From Candidatus Aenigmatarchaeota archaeon (GTDB lineage Archaea > Aenigmatarchaeota > Aenigmatarchaeia > CG10238-14), in NCBI GenBank assembly GCA_018304545.1, contig JAGVVZ010000001.1, positions 159,495-223,494 on the forward strand: a stretch of 64,000 bases of DNA, written 5' to 3'. Shown one piece after another: positions 38,999 to 48,930 of the stretch. The translations under genes and the position numbers were made by a program. The notes beneath the pieces are model-generated. The model was not told the DNA's origin. It saw only the letters and a program-made list of their open reading frames with translations, and made no database searches. The first letter of the stretch is position 1. The number at the start of each line of letters is the position of its first letter.

Positions 38999-40108
38999 TC
39001 AAACAAATTCTTTGAATTTTTCAAAAAATCCCTTTTTTGTATCCACTTTTTTCTCTGAAATAAATTCTTTCAACAAGTCTTCTTGTTTCTTAGTTAGTTT
39101 ATCCGGTATTTTGACAGTAACCTTTACTAGTTGGTCTCCTCTTTTATTAGAATTCAAATAAGGCATGCCTTGACCTTTGAGTCTGAATATTGTATGGCTC
39201 TGAGTTCCTTTGGGAATTTTTATTTTGGCTTTGCCGTTAATAGTGGGCACTTCAATTTCACCGCCAAAAACCGCGGTGTTCAAATCTATTGTTGTCTTAC
39301 AAAACAAATCGGACTCATGTCTATCAAAAATTTCATGCCCTTTTACATTGATGACAACGTATAGATCTCCAGATCTACCTCCTCTTCCGCCATGCTCGCC
39401 TCCGCCAGCAATTCTCAAATATTGATCATCATCCACTCCTCTTGGTATTTTTATTTCTATTTTTTTTGTTTTCCTAACCCTGCCTCTACCATTACATGAA
39501 TCGCAGGATTTCATTATTAGTTTTCCAGTGCCATTACATTTATTACAAGGCATGACATTCACAATTTGTATAAAGGCGTTTCTCTGGACTCTTTTTATTT
39601 CACCCGAACCGTTACATGCAGAACAAGTTTTGAGAAATCCCGGTTTGGCACCTGTGCCGTCACAATTAGAACATTCAGCAAAATGGGAAATCTCTATTTT
39701 AGTTGTCTTCCCTGAGAATGCTTCTTCAAGCAAAATTTCCATATCATATCTCAAATCAGCGCCTTCTCTTGCCTTGTGATTTCTGTCATTAAGTTCTGAG
39801 AACACATCAAATATATCGTCAAAACCAAAATTTCTAAAGAGGTCATTAAAACTAAAATTTCTAAACCCTGCAAAATCTTCTTGTCTAAAAGCCGAGTGTC
39901 CAAACTGATCATACTGTGTCTTTTTCTCTGGATTATTCAGAACTTGAAACGCTTCATTTATCTCTTTGAATTTCTCTTCAGCTTCCTTATTCCCAGGATT
40001 AACGTCAGGATGCCATTTTCTCGCCAATTGCTTGAATGCCTTTTTGATCTCATCCTGTGATGCGTTTCTACTTACGCCTAATATTTCATAGTAATCTTTT
40101 TTCGTCAT
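38999..40108 (-). CDS. dnaJ: Chaperone DnaJ
   Basis: HPD J-domain, four CxxCxGxG repeats. Confidence 0.97.
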   Translation of the reverse strand: MTKKDYYEILGVSRNASQDEIKKAFKQLARKWHPDVNPGNKEAEEKFKEINEAFQVLNNPEKKTQYDQFGHSAFRQEDFAGFRNFSFNDLFRNFGFDDIFDVFSELNDRNHKAREGADLRYDMEILLEEAFSGKTTKIEISHFAECSNCDGTGAKPGFLKTCSACNGSGEIKRVQRNAFIQIVNVMPCNKCNGTGKLIMKSCDSCNGRGRVRKTKKIEIKIPRGVDDDQYLRIAGGGEHGGRGGRSGDLYVVINVKGHEIFDRHESDLFCKTTIDLNTAVFGGEIEVPTINGKAKIKIPKGTQSHTIFRLKGQGMPYLNSNKRGDQLVKVTVKIPDKLTKKQEDLLKEFISEKKVDTKKGFFEKFKEFV

Positions 40109-40121
40109 AACAACCCAAGAA

Positions 40122-42014
40122 TTATTCTTCTTCTACTTTAAAATCAGCGTCCACCACATTATCCTTATCCTTTTTTTTCTTATCAGATTTATTTTTTTCG
40201 CTGTCAGCATTTTCTTGGTCTGCCGAAGTTTTTTGTTTCGCCTGTTCTTCTGCATATTTTTTTGCAGCTTCCTCATAAATTGAAGTACCTGCCTCCTGCA
40301 AAACTTTTTGCAAATTCTCGATTTCTTTCTTTATCTTTTCAATATCATTTTCATTAACTGCGGTTTTAGCATCTTTCAATGACGATTCTATTTTTTCCTT
40401 CTGCTCTTTGCTTAACTTATCGCTCAATTCAGAAAGCGTTTTTTCTGTTGTATAAATCATTGAGTCAGCATTATTCCTTATCTCAACTTCTTCCTTTCTT
40501 TTCTTGTCCTCTTCTTCATGCTCCTTTGCTTCCTTCACCATTTTTTCAACTTCTTTATCCGATAATTTTGTTGATGCTGTGATAGCCATTTTCTGTTCTT
40601 TGCCTGTACCCAAATCTTTTGCGGAAACATTCAAAATCCCTGAAGCATCTATATCAAAGGCGACTTCTATTTGCGGTATTCCTCGAGGAGCAGGCGGAAT
40701 TCCAACCAAGTTAAATTGACCTAGACTAGTGTTATCTGCTACCATTGGCCGTTCGCCTTGTAGCACATGAATTGTCACGGCTGTCTGAAAATCTGAAGCT
40801 GTAGAAAATATTTGACTTTTTTTAGTTGGTATTGTCGTGTTTCTTTCAATCAAAGGTGTCATTACGCTACCAAGCGTCTCTATACCTAAAGTCAAAGGGG
40901 TCACATCTAACAAGACTAAGTCTTTAATATCACCTGAGAGGATGGCACCTTGTATGGCGGCTCCCATTGCAACACATTCCATTGGATCGACGCCTCTCTC
41001 GATTTTCTTACCTACTCTTTCTTCCACAAATTTTTGGATAACCGGCATTCTTGTCGGTCCACCAACAAAAATTATTTTATCAATTTTATCTTTCGTTAGT
41101 TTTGCATCTTTGAGAGCCTGTTCAACAGGATGTACGCATCTTTTGATTATCGAATCTATTAATTGTTCTAATTTCGATCTCGCCAATTTTAATGACAGAT
41201 GCTTAGGACCTTCTTTGTCTGCGGTTATATAAGGAAGGTTTATCTCCGTTTCCAGTACCGTTGATAGTTCTATTTTTGCTTTTTCTGCGGCTTCTCTAAC
41301 TCTCTGAACAGCTATTTTATCCTTTTTAATATCCATGCCTTCTTGTTTTTTGAATTCTTCAACTATCCAGTCAATGATAGAATTGTCCATGTCAGTTCCA
41401 CCAAGTTGTGTATCTCCAGAAGTAGATAAAACAGTGAATGTTCCTTCTCCAAATTCCATAATCGTGACATCTAACGTTCCGCCGCCCAGATCAAAAACAA
41501 GTATTTTATGCTCGCCTTCTTTATCCAGTCCGTATGCCATGGAAGCGGCTGTAGGTTCGTTTACTAATCTAACAACTTCCAGTCCGGCAATCTTTCCTGC
41601 ATCTTTTGTTGCAGTTCTTTGATTATCATTGAAATAAGCTGGAACTGTAATAACAACTTTTTTTATCTCTTCGCCGAGAAATGCTTCAGCATCTCTTTTT
41701 ATTTTCTGGAGTATGAAAGCCGACATTTGCTGAGGCGTATATTCTTTACCATAAATTTTGTATTTGTGATCCGTTCCCATTTTTCTTTTGGCAGCTGCAA
41801 CAGTTCCTTCGGGATTGCTTATTGCCTGTCTCCTTGCAGGTTCGCCTATCAGTAGCTGATTCTCTTTAGTAAATGCTACAACTGAAGGGAACATTTTCCC
41901 AGCAACTGTTGCTCCCTCGGCAGAAGGAATTATAGTGGGTTTGCCACCCAGCATCACGGCTGCTTGACTATTACTGGTCCCCAAATCAATGCCTATAATC
42001 TTTTCTTTAACCAT
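40122..42014 (-). CDS. dnaK: Chaperone DnaK
   Basis: [31 protein letters not shown]. Confidence 0.98.
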   Translation of the reverse strand: MVKEKIIGIDLGTSNSQAAVMLGGKPTIIPSAEGATVAGKMFPSVVAFTKENQLLIGEPARRQAISNPEGTVAAAKRKMGTDHKYKIYGKEYTPQQMSAFILQKIKRDAEAFLGEEIKKVVITVPAYFNDNQRTATKDAGKIAGLEVVRLVNEPTAASMAYGLDKEGEHKILVFDLGGGTLDVTIMEFGEGTFTVLSTSGDTQLGGTDMDNSIIDWIVEEFKKQEGMDIKKDKIAVQRVREAAEKAKIELSTVLETEINLPYITADKEGPKHLSLKLARSKLEQLIDSIIKRCVHPVEQALKDAKLTKDKIDKIIFVGGPTRMPVIQKFVEERVGKKIERGVDPMECVAMGAAIQGAILSGDIKDLVLLDVTPLTLGIETLGSVMTPLIERNTTIPTKKSQIFSTASDFQTAVTIHVLQGERPMVADNTSLGQFNLVGIPPAPRGIPQIEVAFDIDASGILNVSAKDLGTGKEQKMAITASTKLSDKEVEKMVKEAKEHEEEDKKRKEEVEIRNNADSMIYTTEKTLSELSDKLSKEQKEKIESSLKDAKTAVNENDIEKIKKEIENLQKVLQEAGTSIYEEAAKKYAEEQAKQKTSADQENADSEKNKSDKKKKDKDNVVDADFKVEEE

Positions 42015-42030
42015 AATATCACTTAACCAT

Positions 42031-42516
42031 TTAATTTTTTATATTTTCAGCTATCTTAACTTTTGAAGGCCTTATGACTTTCGATTTCAATAGATAACCT
42101 TTCTGGAGTTCCTCTAGTATGATACCATCTTCTTTATCAGACATCTCCTTTAACAATATCTCATGGAAATTCGGATCGAACTTTTTCCCTAAAGCATCAA
42201 TATGTTTTAATCCATGATTCTCTAATGTTTTTAAAAGCTTTTTGTAAAGCAAACCCAAGCCTATTTTATCCCTTCCATTTTCTATTTCATTTAATGCTAT
42301 TTCAAACTCGTCTATTATAGGCAAGAATTCTTTTATTAAATCTTCGTTTGCCAGCCTTCTTATATCATCTTTCTCTTTGTCAAATTTTTTTCTGTAGTTA
42401 TCAAAATCCGCCTGCAAATATTTCAATCTATTCGAATATTCCTCAGCTAGTTTTGCTTTTTCCTGCAGCTCTATCTCTAATTTGCTAGTCTTTTCTTCGA
42501 GTTCCTTCTTTATCGG
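42031..42516 (-). CDS. grpE: Nucleotide exchange factor GrpE (5' end uncertain)
   Basis: [18 protein letters not shown]...VIRP.KV; frame stays open about 30 codons upstream of TTG 42426. Confidence 0.9.
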   Translation of the reverse strand, partial: PIKKELEEKTSKLEIELQEKAKLAEEYSNRLKYLQADFDNYRKKFDKEKDDIRRLANEDLIKEFLPIIDEFEIALNEIENGRDKIGLGLLYKKLLKTLENHGLKHIDALGKKFDPNFHEILLKEMSDKEDGIILEELQKGYLLKSKVIRPSKVKIAENIKN

Positions 42517-42576
42517 TTTCCTAATATCACCATTTTATTAATAGTTTTATAATTTTTAAATTTTGTGAATTAATTA

Positions 42577-42834
42577 TTAGACGGAGTCGCCTGACACTTC
42601 TTCTGGTTTAAGTTCTGATTCCATATTTTCAAATATTCGTCTAGCCTCACTATAATTTTCAGGGCCAAAATCACAGATGTAAGGTTCTTTTCCAATCAAC
42701 ATATATATTTGATAAACTATTATAGTTCCATTCCTATCAGATATTGGATAAAAGTATATTTGACATTTATCAAGTCTGTCATGAAAAATAACTAACAAAT
42801 CTTTCGGACTGGCTCTATTATAATTATTAACCAT
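42577..42834 (-). CDS. Hypothetical protein
   Basis: 85-aa ORF with TATA-like sequence upstream. Confidence 0.55.
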   Translation of the reverse strand: MVNNYNRASPKDLLVIFHDRLDKCQIYFYPISDRNGTIIVYQIYMLIGKEPYICDFGPENYSEARRIFENMESELKPEEVSGDSV

Positions 42835-42893
42835 AAATTCAGAATGAATCTAAAATTTAAATACCACATCTCAATTAATTTCAAGTGATATGT

Positions 42894-43367
42894 ATGAAAG
42901 AGCAGTTTTTGAAATTGAAGAAATTCCTTGATGACAATAACACAGAATATAAAGTTATGGAACACGAGCCTGTCTACACTTCAGAAGAAGCGGCGAAGGT
43001 CAGAGGTGTTGAATTAAAAAGTGGCGTGAAGGCTTTAGTTCTAAAAACAAATGAGGATGCTTATTTGTTAGCATTAGTATCTGCGGATAAAAAGATCGAT
43101 TTAAAGTTATTGGCAGGAATTATCGGAACTAAAAAATTATCTTTGGCCTCGCCTGATAAAGTATTGGAAATAACTGGCTGCGAAATAGGGTCTGTTCATC
43201 CGTTCGGAAATGTTCACAATTTAACCACATACATGGATCCAGGAATTAGCGGAAATGAAATGGTAGATTTTAATGCTGGGATGCATACTATATCAATTGA
43301 AATGAAATCAAAAGACATGATAAAACTGATCAAACCAAAAATAGTTAAACTTTCGAGAAATAGTTAA
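42894..43367 (+). CDS. YbaK/ProX aminoacyl-tRNA editing domain protein
   Basis: HEPVYTSEEAA, VKAL, GSVHPFG, FNAG. Confidence 0.9.
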   Translation: MKEQFLKLKKFLDDNNTEYKVMEHEPVYTSEEAAKVRGVELKSGVKALVLKTNEDAYLLALVSADKKIDLKLLAGIIGTKKLSLASPDKVLEITGCEIGSVHPFGNVHNLTTYMDPGISGNEMVDFNAGMHTISIEMKSKDMIKLIKPKIVKLSRNS

Positions 43368-43401
43368 TTTAATATTCGTTACTTAACAAAATTGAGATAA
43401 C

Positions 43402-43486
43402 GGGTCCATAGTCTAGTGGTTAGAAATTTAGACCAAGACGCGGCCTTGACGTGGCCGAGACCCCAGTTCGATTCTGGGTGGTCCCA
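43402..43486 (+). tRNA. tRNA-Val(GAC) with 13-nt D-arm intron 43424-43436 (22/23)
   Basis: CGGCC-TTGACGT-GGCCG arm; removing the intron restores D-arm GTCT-AGTGGTTA-GGAC; GGTT/GACC central helix. Confidence 0.88.
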
Positions 43487-43489
43487 CAC

Positions 43490-43564
43490 GCCCCTGTAGT
43501 CTAGTCCGGTCAAGGACACCGGCCTTTCGAGCCGAAAACTCGGGTTCAAATCCCGGCGGGGGCA
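43490..43564 (+). tRNA. tRNA-Glu(TTC)
   Basis: GCCCCTG/CGGGGGC acceptor stem, CTTTCGA loop, TTCAAAT T-loop. Confidence 0.95.
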
Positions 43565-43792
43565 TTTGGACTCAATTCTACTGCTTATAGTATTGACTTT
43601 ATAAACAAAAAACCAAGTAAAGGTAAATATGCTTCTTTCTGAACTCAAAGAGTGTATTTTATAGAATTAAAGGCAAACAAAAAGAACTTCTGGAACTGAT
43701 AACTCCTGAGATTGCTTTGGCTTTAAGAGAAAATTATAGAAAGAAGAAACTAAATGAAGTATGAAAATTGCCTTTAAGGGTGACCTAATTAA

Positions 43793-44299
43793 GTGATTCA
43801 GACTGTTTTGGAAGATTTAATAACTGTTAAATTGATACAATTAAGAAAAATAAGTATGGGAACAGATCATATAAGAAGAAAAATAAGTATAGAAAAAAAC
43901 TACACACCAAGAAATTTAAAAACTTTACTGATATTGATGTATCTCTATAAAATACATAAAAACACTATTGGTCTTAAAAATAAGATAGAATCTTTAAAAA
44001 GAAAGGAGCATCCATACAAAAAGGGAATTAAAGAAATGGAAAGAAATTTAAAGGAACTAGAAAAGGGTACTAGTATTAAAGATTTTAATAAAAAATCTGG
44101 TTATAACACAAAACTTATCACAGAACTTTTAAAAACTCTAGTAGAAATGAACTTCGTTAAAAAAGAAGAATTTTTTGATGGGTATCAAACAAATCGATTT
44201 TATTGGATCAGAAATGAAGGAATCAAAGAGGTTGAAGAAAAAGAAATAGAAGAACATTTAAAAGTACTAGAAATCATTAAATTCACGAGACATAAATGA
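43793..44299 (+). CDS. Winged-helix-like DNA-binding protein
   Basis: LKTLVEMNFVKK...RFYWIRNEG wing-like C-terminus. Confidence 0.55.
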   Translation: MIQTVLEDLITVKLIQLRKISMGTDHIRRKISIEKNYTPRNLKTLLILMYLYKIHKNTIGLKNKIESLKRKEHPYKKGIKEMERNLKELEKGTSIKDFNKKSGYNTKLITELLKTLVEMNFVKKEEFFDGYQTNRFYWIRNEGIKEVEEKEIEEHLKVLEIIKFTRHK

Positions 44300-45005
44300 T
44301 TTTAAAATCTTTCTTATTATTTATTATCAAATCAATTTTGAATTTTCTGAACTTTCCTATATATTCAATGACTTCATTTGTAAAACCATTTTCTACCACT
44401 AAAATTACTCTTAGTATATAATTTTTAATATTTTTTTCTATATTTTCTAGAATTTTTTTCAATTCCGAATCGGACAATTTATTCTTTTCATGAAAACTCT
44501 TTATTATTATAGATCCTTCAATATCATTATTAATAGCCTTTTTTATGACAAGATCAAACGAATTATCCTTCAGTTTATAACCTTCTATATAATTTTCCAG
44601 AGAACGAGAAAATACTAGATTTGGATATATTTCTAATAATGTGTTAATTATTTTTTGCGATAAATTTTTTCCGAAAGATGGCATGAGTTCAAAATTCAGC
44701 TTATATGAATTAAGTAAATAATTATGATGGAAGTTTCTTACGGAATTAGCAACTTGCTTGTATTTTCTAATACTAAAAAATCCGAAAAAAGCTAGAACAA
44801 GTCCTGATAAAGTAAAGGCTTGATACAAAGTTATGTTTGTCCCATAAATTATAGTGTTTTCAAGGTTTTCTTTCCCCTTCAATAAAATAATAGCTAGGAA
44901 ATATAGTATAAACCAAAGCCCACTCACTACTGTGTATTTAATAAATACCTCAATATTTTCTAATTGTTCAAACAAATTCTTACTCGATGTGCTCTCATTT
45001 TTCAT
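44283..45005 (-). CDS. Two-TM protein with C-terminal restriction-endonuclease-like (Mrr-type) domain
   Basis: Two N-terminal TMs; FDLVIK..IIIKSF..VILVVENGFT. Confidence 0.55.
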   Translation of the reverse strand: MKNESTSSKNLFEQLENIEVFIKYTVVSGLWFILYFLAIILLKGKENLENTIIYGTNITLYQAFTLSGLVLAFFGFFSIRKYKQVANSVRNFHHNYLLNSYKLNFELMPSFGKNLSQKIINTLLEIYPNLVFSRSLENYIEGYKLKDNSFDLVIKKAINNDIEGSIIIKSFHEKNKLSDSELKKILENIEKNIKNYILRVILVVENGFTNEVIEYIGKFRKFKIDLIINNKKDFKIIYVS

Positions 45006-45149
45006 AGCAAGAATTATAATTTTATTATTTAAAAAGGGAGGGTTACAAATGTAACCGGTCTACTTCTGTTAACGGATAACTTCTGTTAGACCCAGTTTAA
45101 GTGCAATGTTTTGTGGTATGTTATTAGAAAAATAAAAGAGGTGAAAAAA

Positions 45150-45284
45150 ATGACAAAAAAGATTGAAGAGTTGATCTTGATGTGGTTGGCTGAAACATGC
45201 AACCACATTTATTGTACATGTACAAAACACCCATCACCTCAACCAATCCACTCTAGATCAGGGAGTGCTGAAATGCCTCCTTGA
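45150..45284 (+). CDS. 44-aa Cys/His-containing small ORF
   Basis: GAGGTGA-N5-ATG; MTKKIEELILMWLAETCNHIYCTCTKHPSPQPIHSRSGSAEMPP. Confidence 0.5.
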   Translation: MTKKIEELILMWLAETCNHIYCTCTKHPSPQPIHSRSGSAEMPP

Positions 45285-45353
45285 TCTTTCGTGGTTTATA
45301 CCACAAATTGAGCACAGACGCGATGAAGCAAAAATAAAACGGAGGAGATAAAA

Positions 45354-46391
45354 ATGAAAACAGAAAATGAAGAGTTTAAATTTTGTCCAACTTGTGGATC
45401 AAAATTACAAGAAGTTACAGGCATGACTATCAAACATTTGAATAATGGTGGATTAAACGAAATCTCATATAAGCTAAGAATCGCTGAAATGACTTTAACT
45501 AAAGCAGGAATAGAAGTAGGCGGTGAAAGAATCGCTGAAATGACTCTAGAAAAAGTAGATAAAATACTGTCAAGAAGATTATCCGAAGAGGAAATAGTAG
45601 ACTACGAAAAGGAAATTGACAGACTAAGAGAAGATAAAAGTGATCTAATAAGAAGATTGGAAAGAACTGAAGATCAATTGAAAGAAACTCAAGCAAAACA
45701 AAGATATGTTCCCTCACTCAAGGGAGCAAATACAGAAGTAGAATTAGCCACCAGATTGAGAGCTATCGCTCCGTATGATAATATATCATTGAAGCAAAGA
45801 CACCAAGGTAGTACAGACATATTAATTGAAGTGAAGTCTGACGAAACGATAATAGCAGGAAAGATAGCCATTGAAAGTAAAGACGTAGACTCATGGAAGG
45901 ATGAATACGTTAGAGAGGCAAAGCAACACGGCAAAAAAGAAGGTATAGAAAACATAATACTAGCGACCACAGTTATGCCGCAAGACGCATTAAATAATAA
46001 TCTAGATTGCTTCCGAGACAATGTTTGGATAGTTCCAATGGGACTTGTTGAATTTGCATATGCATCATACAGGAAAATGTTGATAGAACTGTACAAAGCA
46101 CAGAAAAAATTCAACAACGAAATAGAAGCAATGGAACAAGAGAACAAGGTAGTCGATAAACTGAGAGATATAATAAACACAGATGTATTCAAAAAGTATT
46201 CAGATATAGCAAGGAATTTGTCGATACAAGCAGAAAGCATTGAGAATACATCTAGAGCTATGTTCAGCTATCTAGATACTAAGAAATCTGTATATGAAAC
46301 CATTGGTGCAAGCATTAGGAATTTAGTGAACACAATGATGGAACAAAATAGCGAAATTCAAAATAAGATCAAAGATGCCTTTGCATCTTGA
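45354..46391 (+). CDS. DUF2130/RmuC-like coiled-coil PD-(D/E)XK protein
   Basis: CPTCG, coiled coil, KG..E..L, GSTDIL, IAIESK..W; GGAGG SD. Confidence 0.7.
   Translation: MKTENEEFKFCPTCGSKLQEVTGMTIKHLNNGGLNEISYKLRIAEMTLTKAGIEVGGERIAEMTLEKVDKILSRRLSEEEIVDYEKEIDRLREDKSDLIRRLERTEDQLKETQAKQRYVPSLKGANTEVELATRLRAIAPYDNISLKQRHQGSTDILIEVKSDETIIAGKIAIESKDVDSWKDEYVREAKQHGKKEGIENIILATTVMPQDALNNNLDCFRDNVWIVPMGLVEFAYASYRKMLIELYKAQKKFNNEIEAMEQENKVVDKLRDIINTDVFKKYSDIARNLSIQAESIENTSRAMFSYLDTKKSVYETIGASIRNLVNTMMEQNSEIQNKIKDAFAS
45476..45545 (+). repeat. 19-bp perfect direct repeat, period 51 nt, inside CDS
   Basis: AAGAATCGCTGAAATGACT at 45476-45494 and 45527-45545 (RIAEMTL twice). Confidence 0.9.
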
Positions 46392-46403
46392 TCTTATATT
46401 TTT

Positions 46404-46820
46404 TTATATATCAGAGCGATCAAAAACAAACCAAAATATTATAGGTAAGGATATTGTAAAGAAATTTTGAACAACAAGTACGTGATAGTATTTGATGGGT
46501 GTATTTTGTAAGAGAATTTGAATTATTGCAAATGAGATGTCGATAAGATAAAACAAGGCAAAAATCAAAACAACAAATTTTATTTTCTCCTTTACGGTCT
46601 TTTTCGGTGTTGCAAGGATCAACGCTGACAATGAAACATATGGCATAAAGGTAAGAATGATTCTACTTGAGATTTGTAAGTTTGTAATATGAGAAAACAC
46701 TCCAATAGTGTAGTTTAATGCAAGCCTATAATATGGGAATGTGAAATGAAAAATTACTAGTAAAATTGCTGTTATTAACGAAAACTTGACGGCAAATCTA
46801 ATTAGGTTATATTTTTCCAT
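46404..46820 (-). CDS. Archaeosortase/exosortase-associated membrane protein
   Basis: Four TMs with ALILATP; overlaps the sortase stop codon. Confidence 0.6.
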   Translation of the reverse strand: MEKYNLIRFAVKFSLITAILLVIFHFTFPYYRLALNYTIGVFSHITNLQISSRIILTFMPYVSLSALILATPKKTVKEKIKFVVLIFALFYLIDISFAIIQILLQNTPIKYYHVLVVQNFFTISLPIIFWFVFDRSDI

Positions 46821-47346
46821 TCTTCACCACTTTGTCTATCCAAAATACCCAAAAAAATATGACAAAAAACACGAAAGTTACTTGAAGTAGATATTCATGA
46901 ATTATTTCAAATAGGGGTTGATAATAAACTCCTATGATTGAAAGGAAGATTAAACGCCCCATATTGAAAAAATAAATTATAGGAACTGCCATAAATATTC
47001 CAATAATCTTTTTCTTGATTGAGGAAGGAAATCCTAAAATGCATGATATGATGGCTATTACTTCGAAAATTCCTGTGCATTGTCTGATAACTTCTATCGA
47101 AAAATTGGGAAATATTATCTGATTCTCTGAAATATCAGCATTAATTCCGATTGTTTTTAGAAAATAGAAAAGCGTTTTGGTGGTTGACAGCATGTTGAAG
47201 AGTGGGATAAAGGATTCAAATTGTATTGAGATAAAATAGAAAACTGATAGAGAGCCTATAAAGATAAGAATAAATTTTGCCGTTTCTGAATTTATTTTAA
47301 TTCTGAAAATGTTGTTGGAATTTTCTGAATTCGTATATGGTTTCAT
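46807..47346 (-). CDS. Archaeosortase/exosortase family protein (ArtB/XrtH-like)
   Basis: Cys-Arg-His triad: IEVIRQCTG, NMGRL, IIHEY. Confidence 0.88.
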   Translation of the reverse strand: MKPYTNSENSNNIFRIKINSETAKFILIFIGSLSVFYFISIQFESFIPLFNMLSTTKTLFYFLKTIGINADISENQIIFPNFSIEVIRQCTGIFEVIAIISCILGFPSSIKKKIIGIFMAVPIIYFFNMGRLIFLSIIGVYYQPLFEIIHEYLLQVTFVFFVIFFWVFWIDKVVKNGKI

Positions 47347-47351
47347 TGGAA

Positions 47352-48530
47352 TCAGGAATCAAAACTTATTTTTTTCGTACCAACAATAACCAGAGAAATT
47401 AAAAGTGTTATAGTCATAATCGGTGATAGAAAAGGGACAGGTTTTGGTGCTGATGAATCCATATAAGTTTGCTCGGATTGTACCGTAAATTCTAAATTAT
47501 CATTAATTCCCCATTTTATTGAATCAAGATAACCATATACATCTGGAACAAAATAACCCATCGTAGTATAGAATAGATTCATGACATTTGGGGCCGTGCC
47601 ATCCTTGTTTGTTCCTTCTATGATAGCTGTACCGTTCTGGAAATAAAAACTTATTTTGTCATTTTGTGTATCGAAAGTGACTCTTAAATCATAGCGTGTG
47701 TTTTCGTCCCATGTAAAAACGCAGTGGTTGGCGCCGTTGGCTACGATCCTAAATCGACCATTGCAAATGCCTTCGGATGTTCTCATAAACCCGAATATCG
47801 TATACCTATTAGCTATGTTTGTCCAACAGTTATTATCACCTGAACCAATACAAAACCAGGAGTTTGTATCACCATTTGGAGATAGAAAGGAAAATTCGAC
47901 TGACGTATTGACTTCACTGATATTTGTAAATCTTCTCCATACATCACATTGATTACTGCCACCAGTCTTTCCACATTTCAATGAGTATGTACCATCTAAT
48001 TTTGAATTCGAATCTACAGAAGCTGAGCCACCTATTATGTTCCACTGAGACATTGAATTATCTTCAAAATTTTGTCCCGAACCTTGTGTGTTTATGGCGG
48101 AGTAATAATAGACGTTCCCGAAAGTCAGGTTAGCACAAACAACAGGAGTATTGCTATTGTAATAAACTTGCAATGTTATGTTTTGATTTGGTTCTATCCT
48201 AGATATTAGCATGGTTATATTTTCATTATTCTCAAAAATAGTATCTTTATCGTCTTGATAATCAAAAATGACTGCATTATTAGATGAGTCCAAAACCCTT
48301 ACTCCACAAACGTTTGGAGTTGTTGTAGAAAACAATTGGGTTCCTGTTAATGTCAGTGTGTAATTATGTTTTGCATAGTTAGGGTCTGTGTTGCTTATAG
48401 TTATATTTCTTGAATTTATGAATGTTGGATCCCACCAGACAGAAATGGCTAATTTTGGAGACAGAAAGGTAAAAAGCAAAAATATCAACGTAAAGATTAC
48501 TAGCTTATTCGATATTTTTATTTTACTCAT
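47352..48530 (-). CDS. Secreted beta-rich surface protein with VPxxxP-CTERM-type sorting signal
   Basis: Signal peptide; DUF2341-like WWD..RNITI start; C-terminal VPFLSP + TM + KK. Confidence 0.8.
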   Translation of the reverse strand: MSKIKISNKLVIFTLIFLLFTFLSPKLAISVWWDPTFINSRNITISNTDPNYAKHNYTLTLTGTQLFSTTTPNVCGVRVLDSSNNAVIFDYQDDKDTIFENNENITMLISRIEPNQNITLQVYYNSNTPVVCANLTFGNVYYYSAINTQGSGQNFEDNSMSQWNIIGGSASVDSNSKLDGTYSLKCGKTGGSNQCDVWRRFTNISEVNTSVEFSFLSPNGDTNSWFCIGSGDNNCWTNIANRYTIFGFMRTSEGICNGRFRIVANGANHCVFTWDENTRYDLRVTFDTQNDKISFYFQNGTAIIEGTNKDGTAPNVMNLFYTTMGYFVPDVYGYLDSIKWGINDNLEFTVQSEQTYMDSSAPKPVPFLSPIMTITLLISLVIVGTKKISFDS

Positions 48531-48930
48531 TTTTTGATAATTGAATATCTGACATTAAGTCCATATCCTGATATCCCGTGCAAATTTCTTTTATCCAGAA
48601 AAGATAGAAAGTTCCCAGGATTGTTGAGTATCGAGGATCGGTGATGACAGAATATCTTATATAAGAGAAAAAAGATTTTCACACTATAATAATTAAATTA
48701 GAAATATGCCACACACACCCATATATCTATGTTACCTTCGCAGTTCCCATAAATCACTTATACCTTTTCTTAATCGGTAGCTGCGTCTGCATACTACATC
48801 CAGAGCCTCTAAGTGTTGCAGATGCCGTTTTATGGTGTATTGGTCGCATCGCGTATATCTGGAGGTATTTTGGAGTATTAAAACTTTTCAAGAAAAATCT
48901 ACATAAACAAGAAAACTGAAATATGAATTA

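Noticed and set aside
43379-43648. 89-aa minus-strand ORF
   Set aside because: Antisense shadow of tRNA-Val and tRNA-Glu
43663-43764. RIKGKQKE..TPEIALALRENY as a tyrosine-recombinase core fragment
   Set aside because: Resemblance is short and weak, with no start codon and no catalytic motifs
45180-45545. CRISPR-like mini-array from the GCTGAAA and 19-bp repeats
   Set aside because: Only two perfect copies, in frame inside a CDS; irregular spacing; no cas genes
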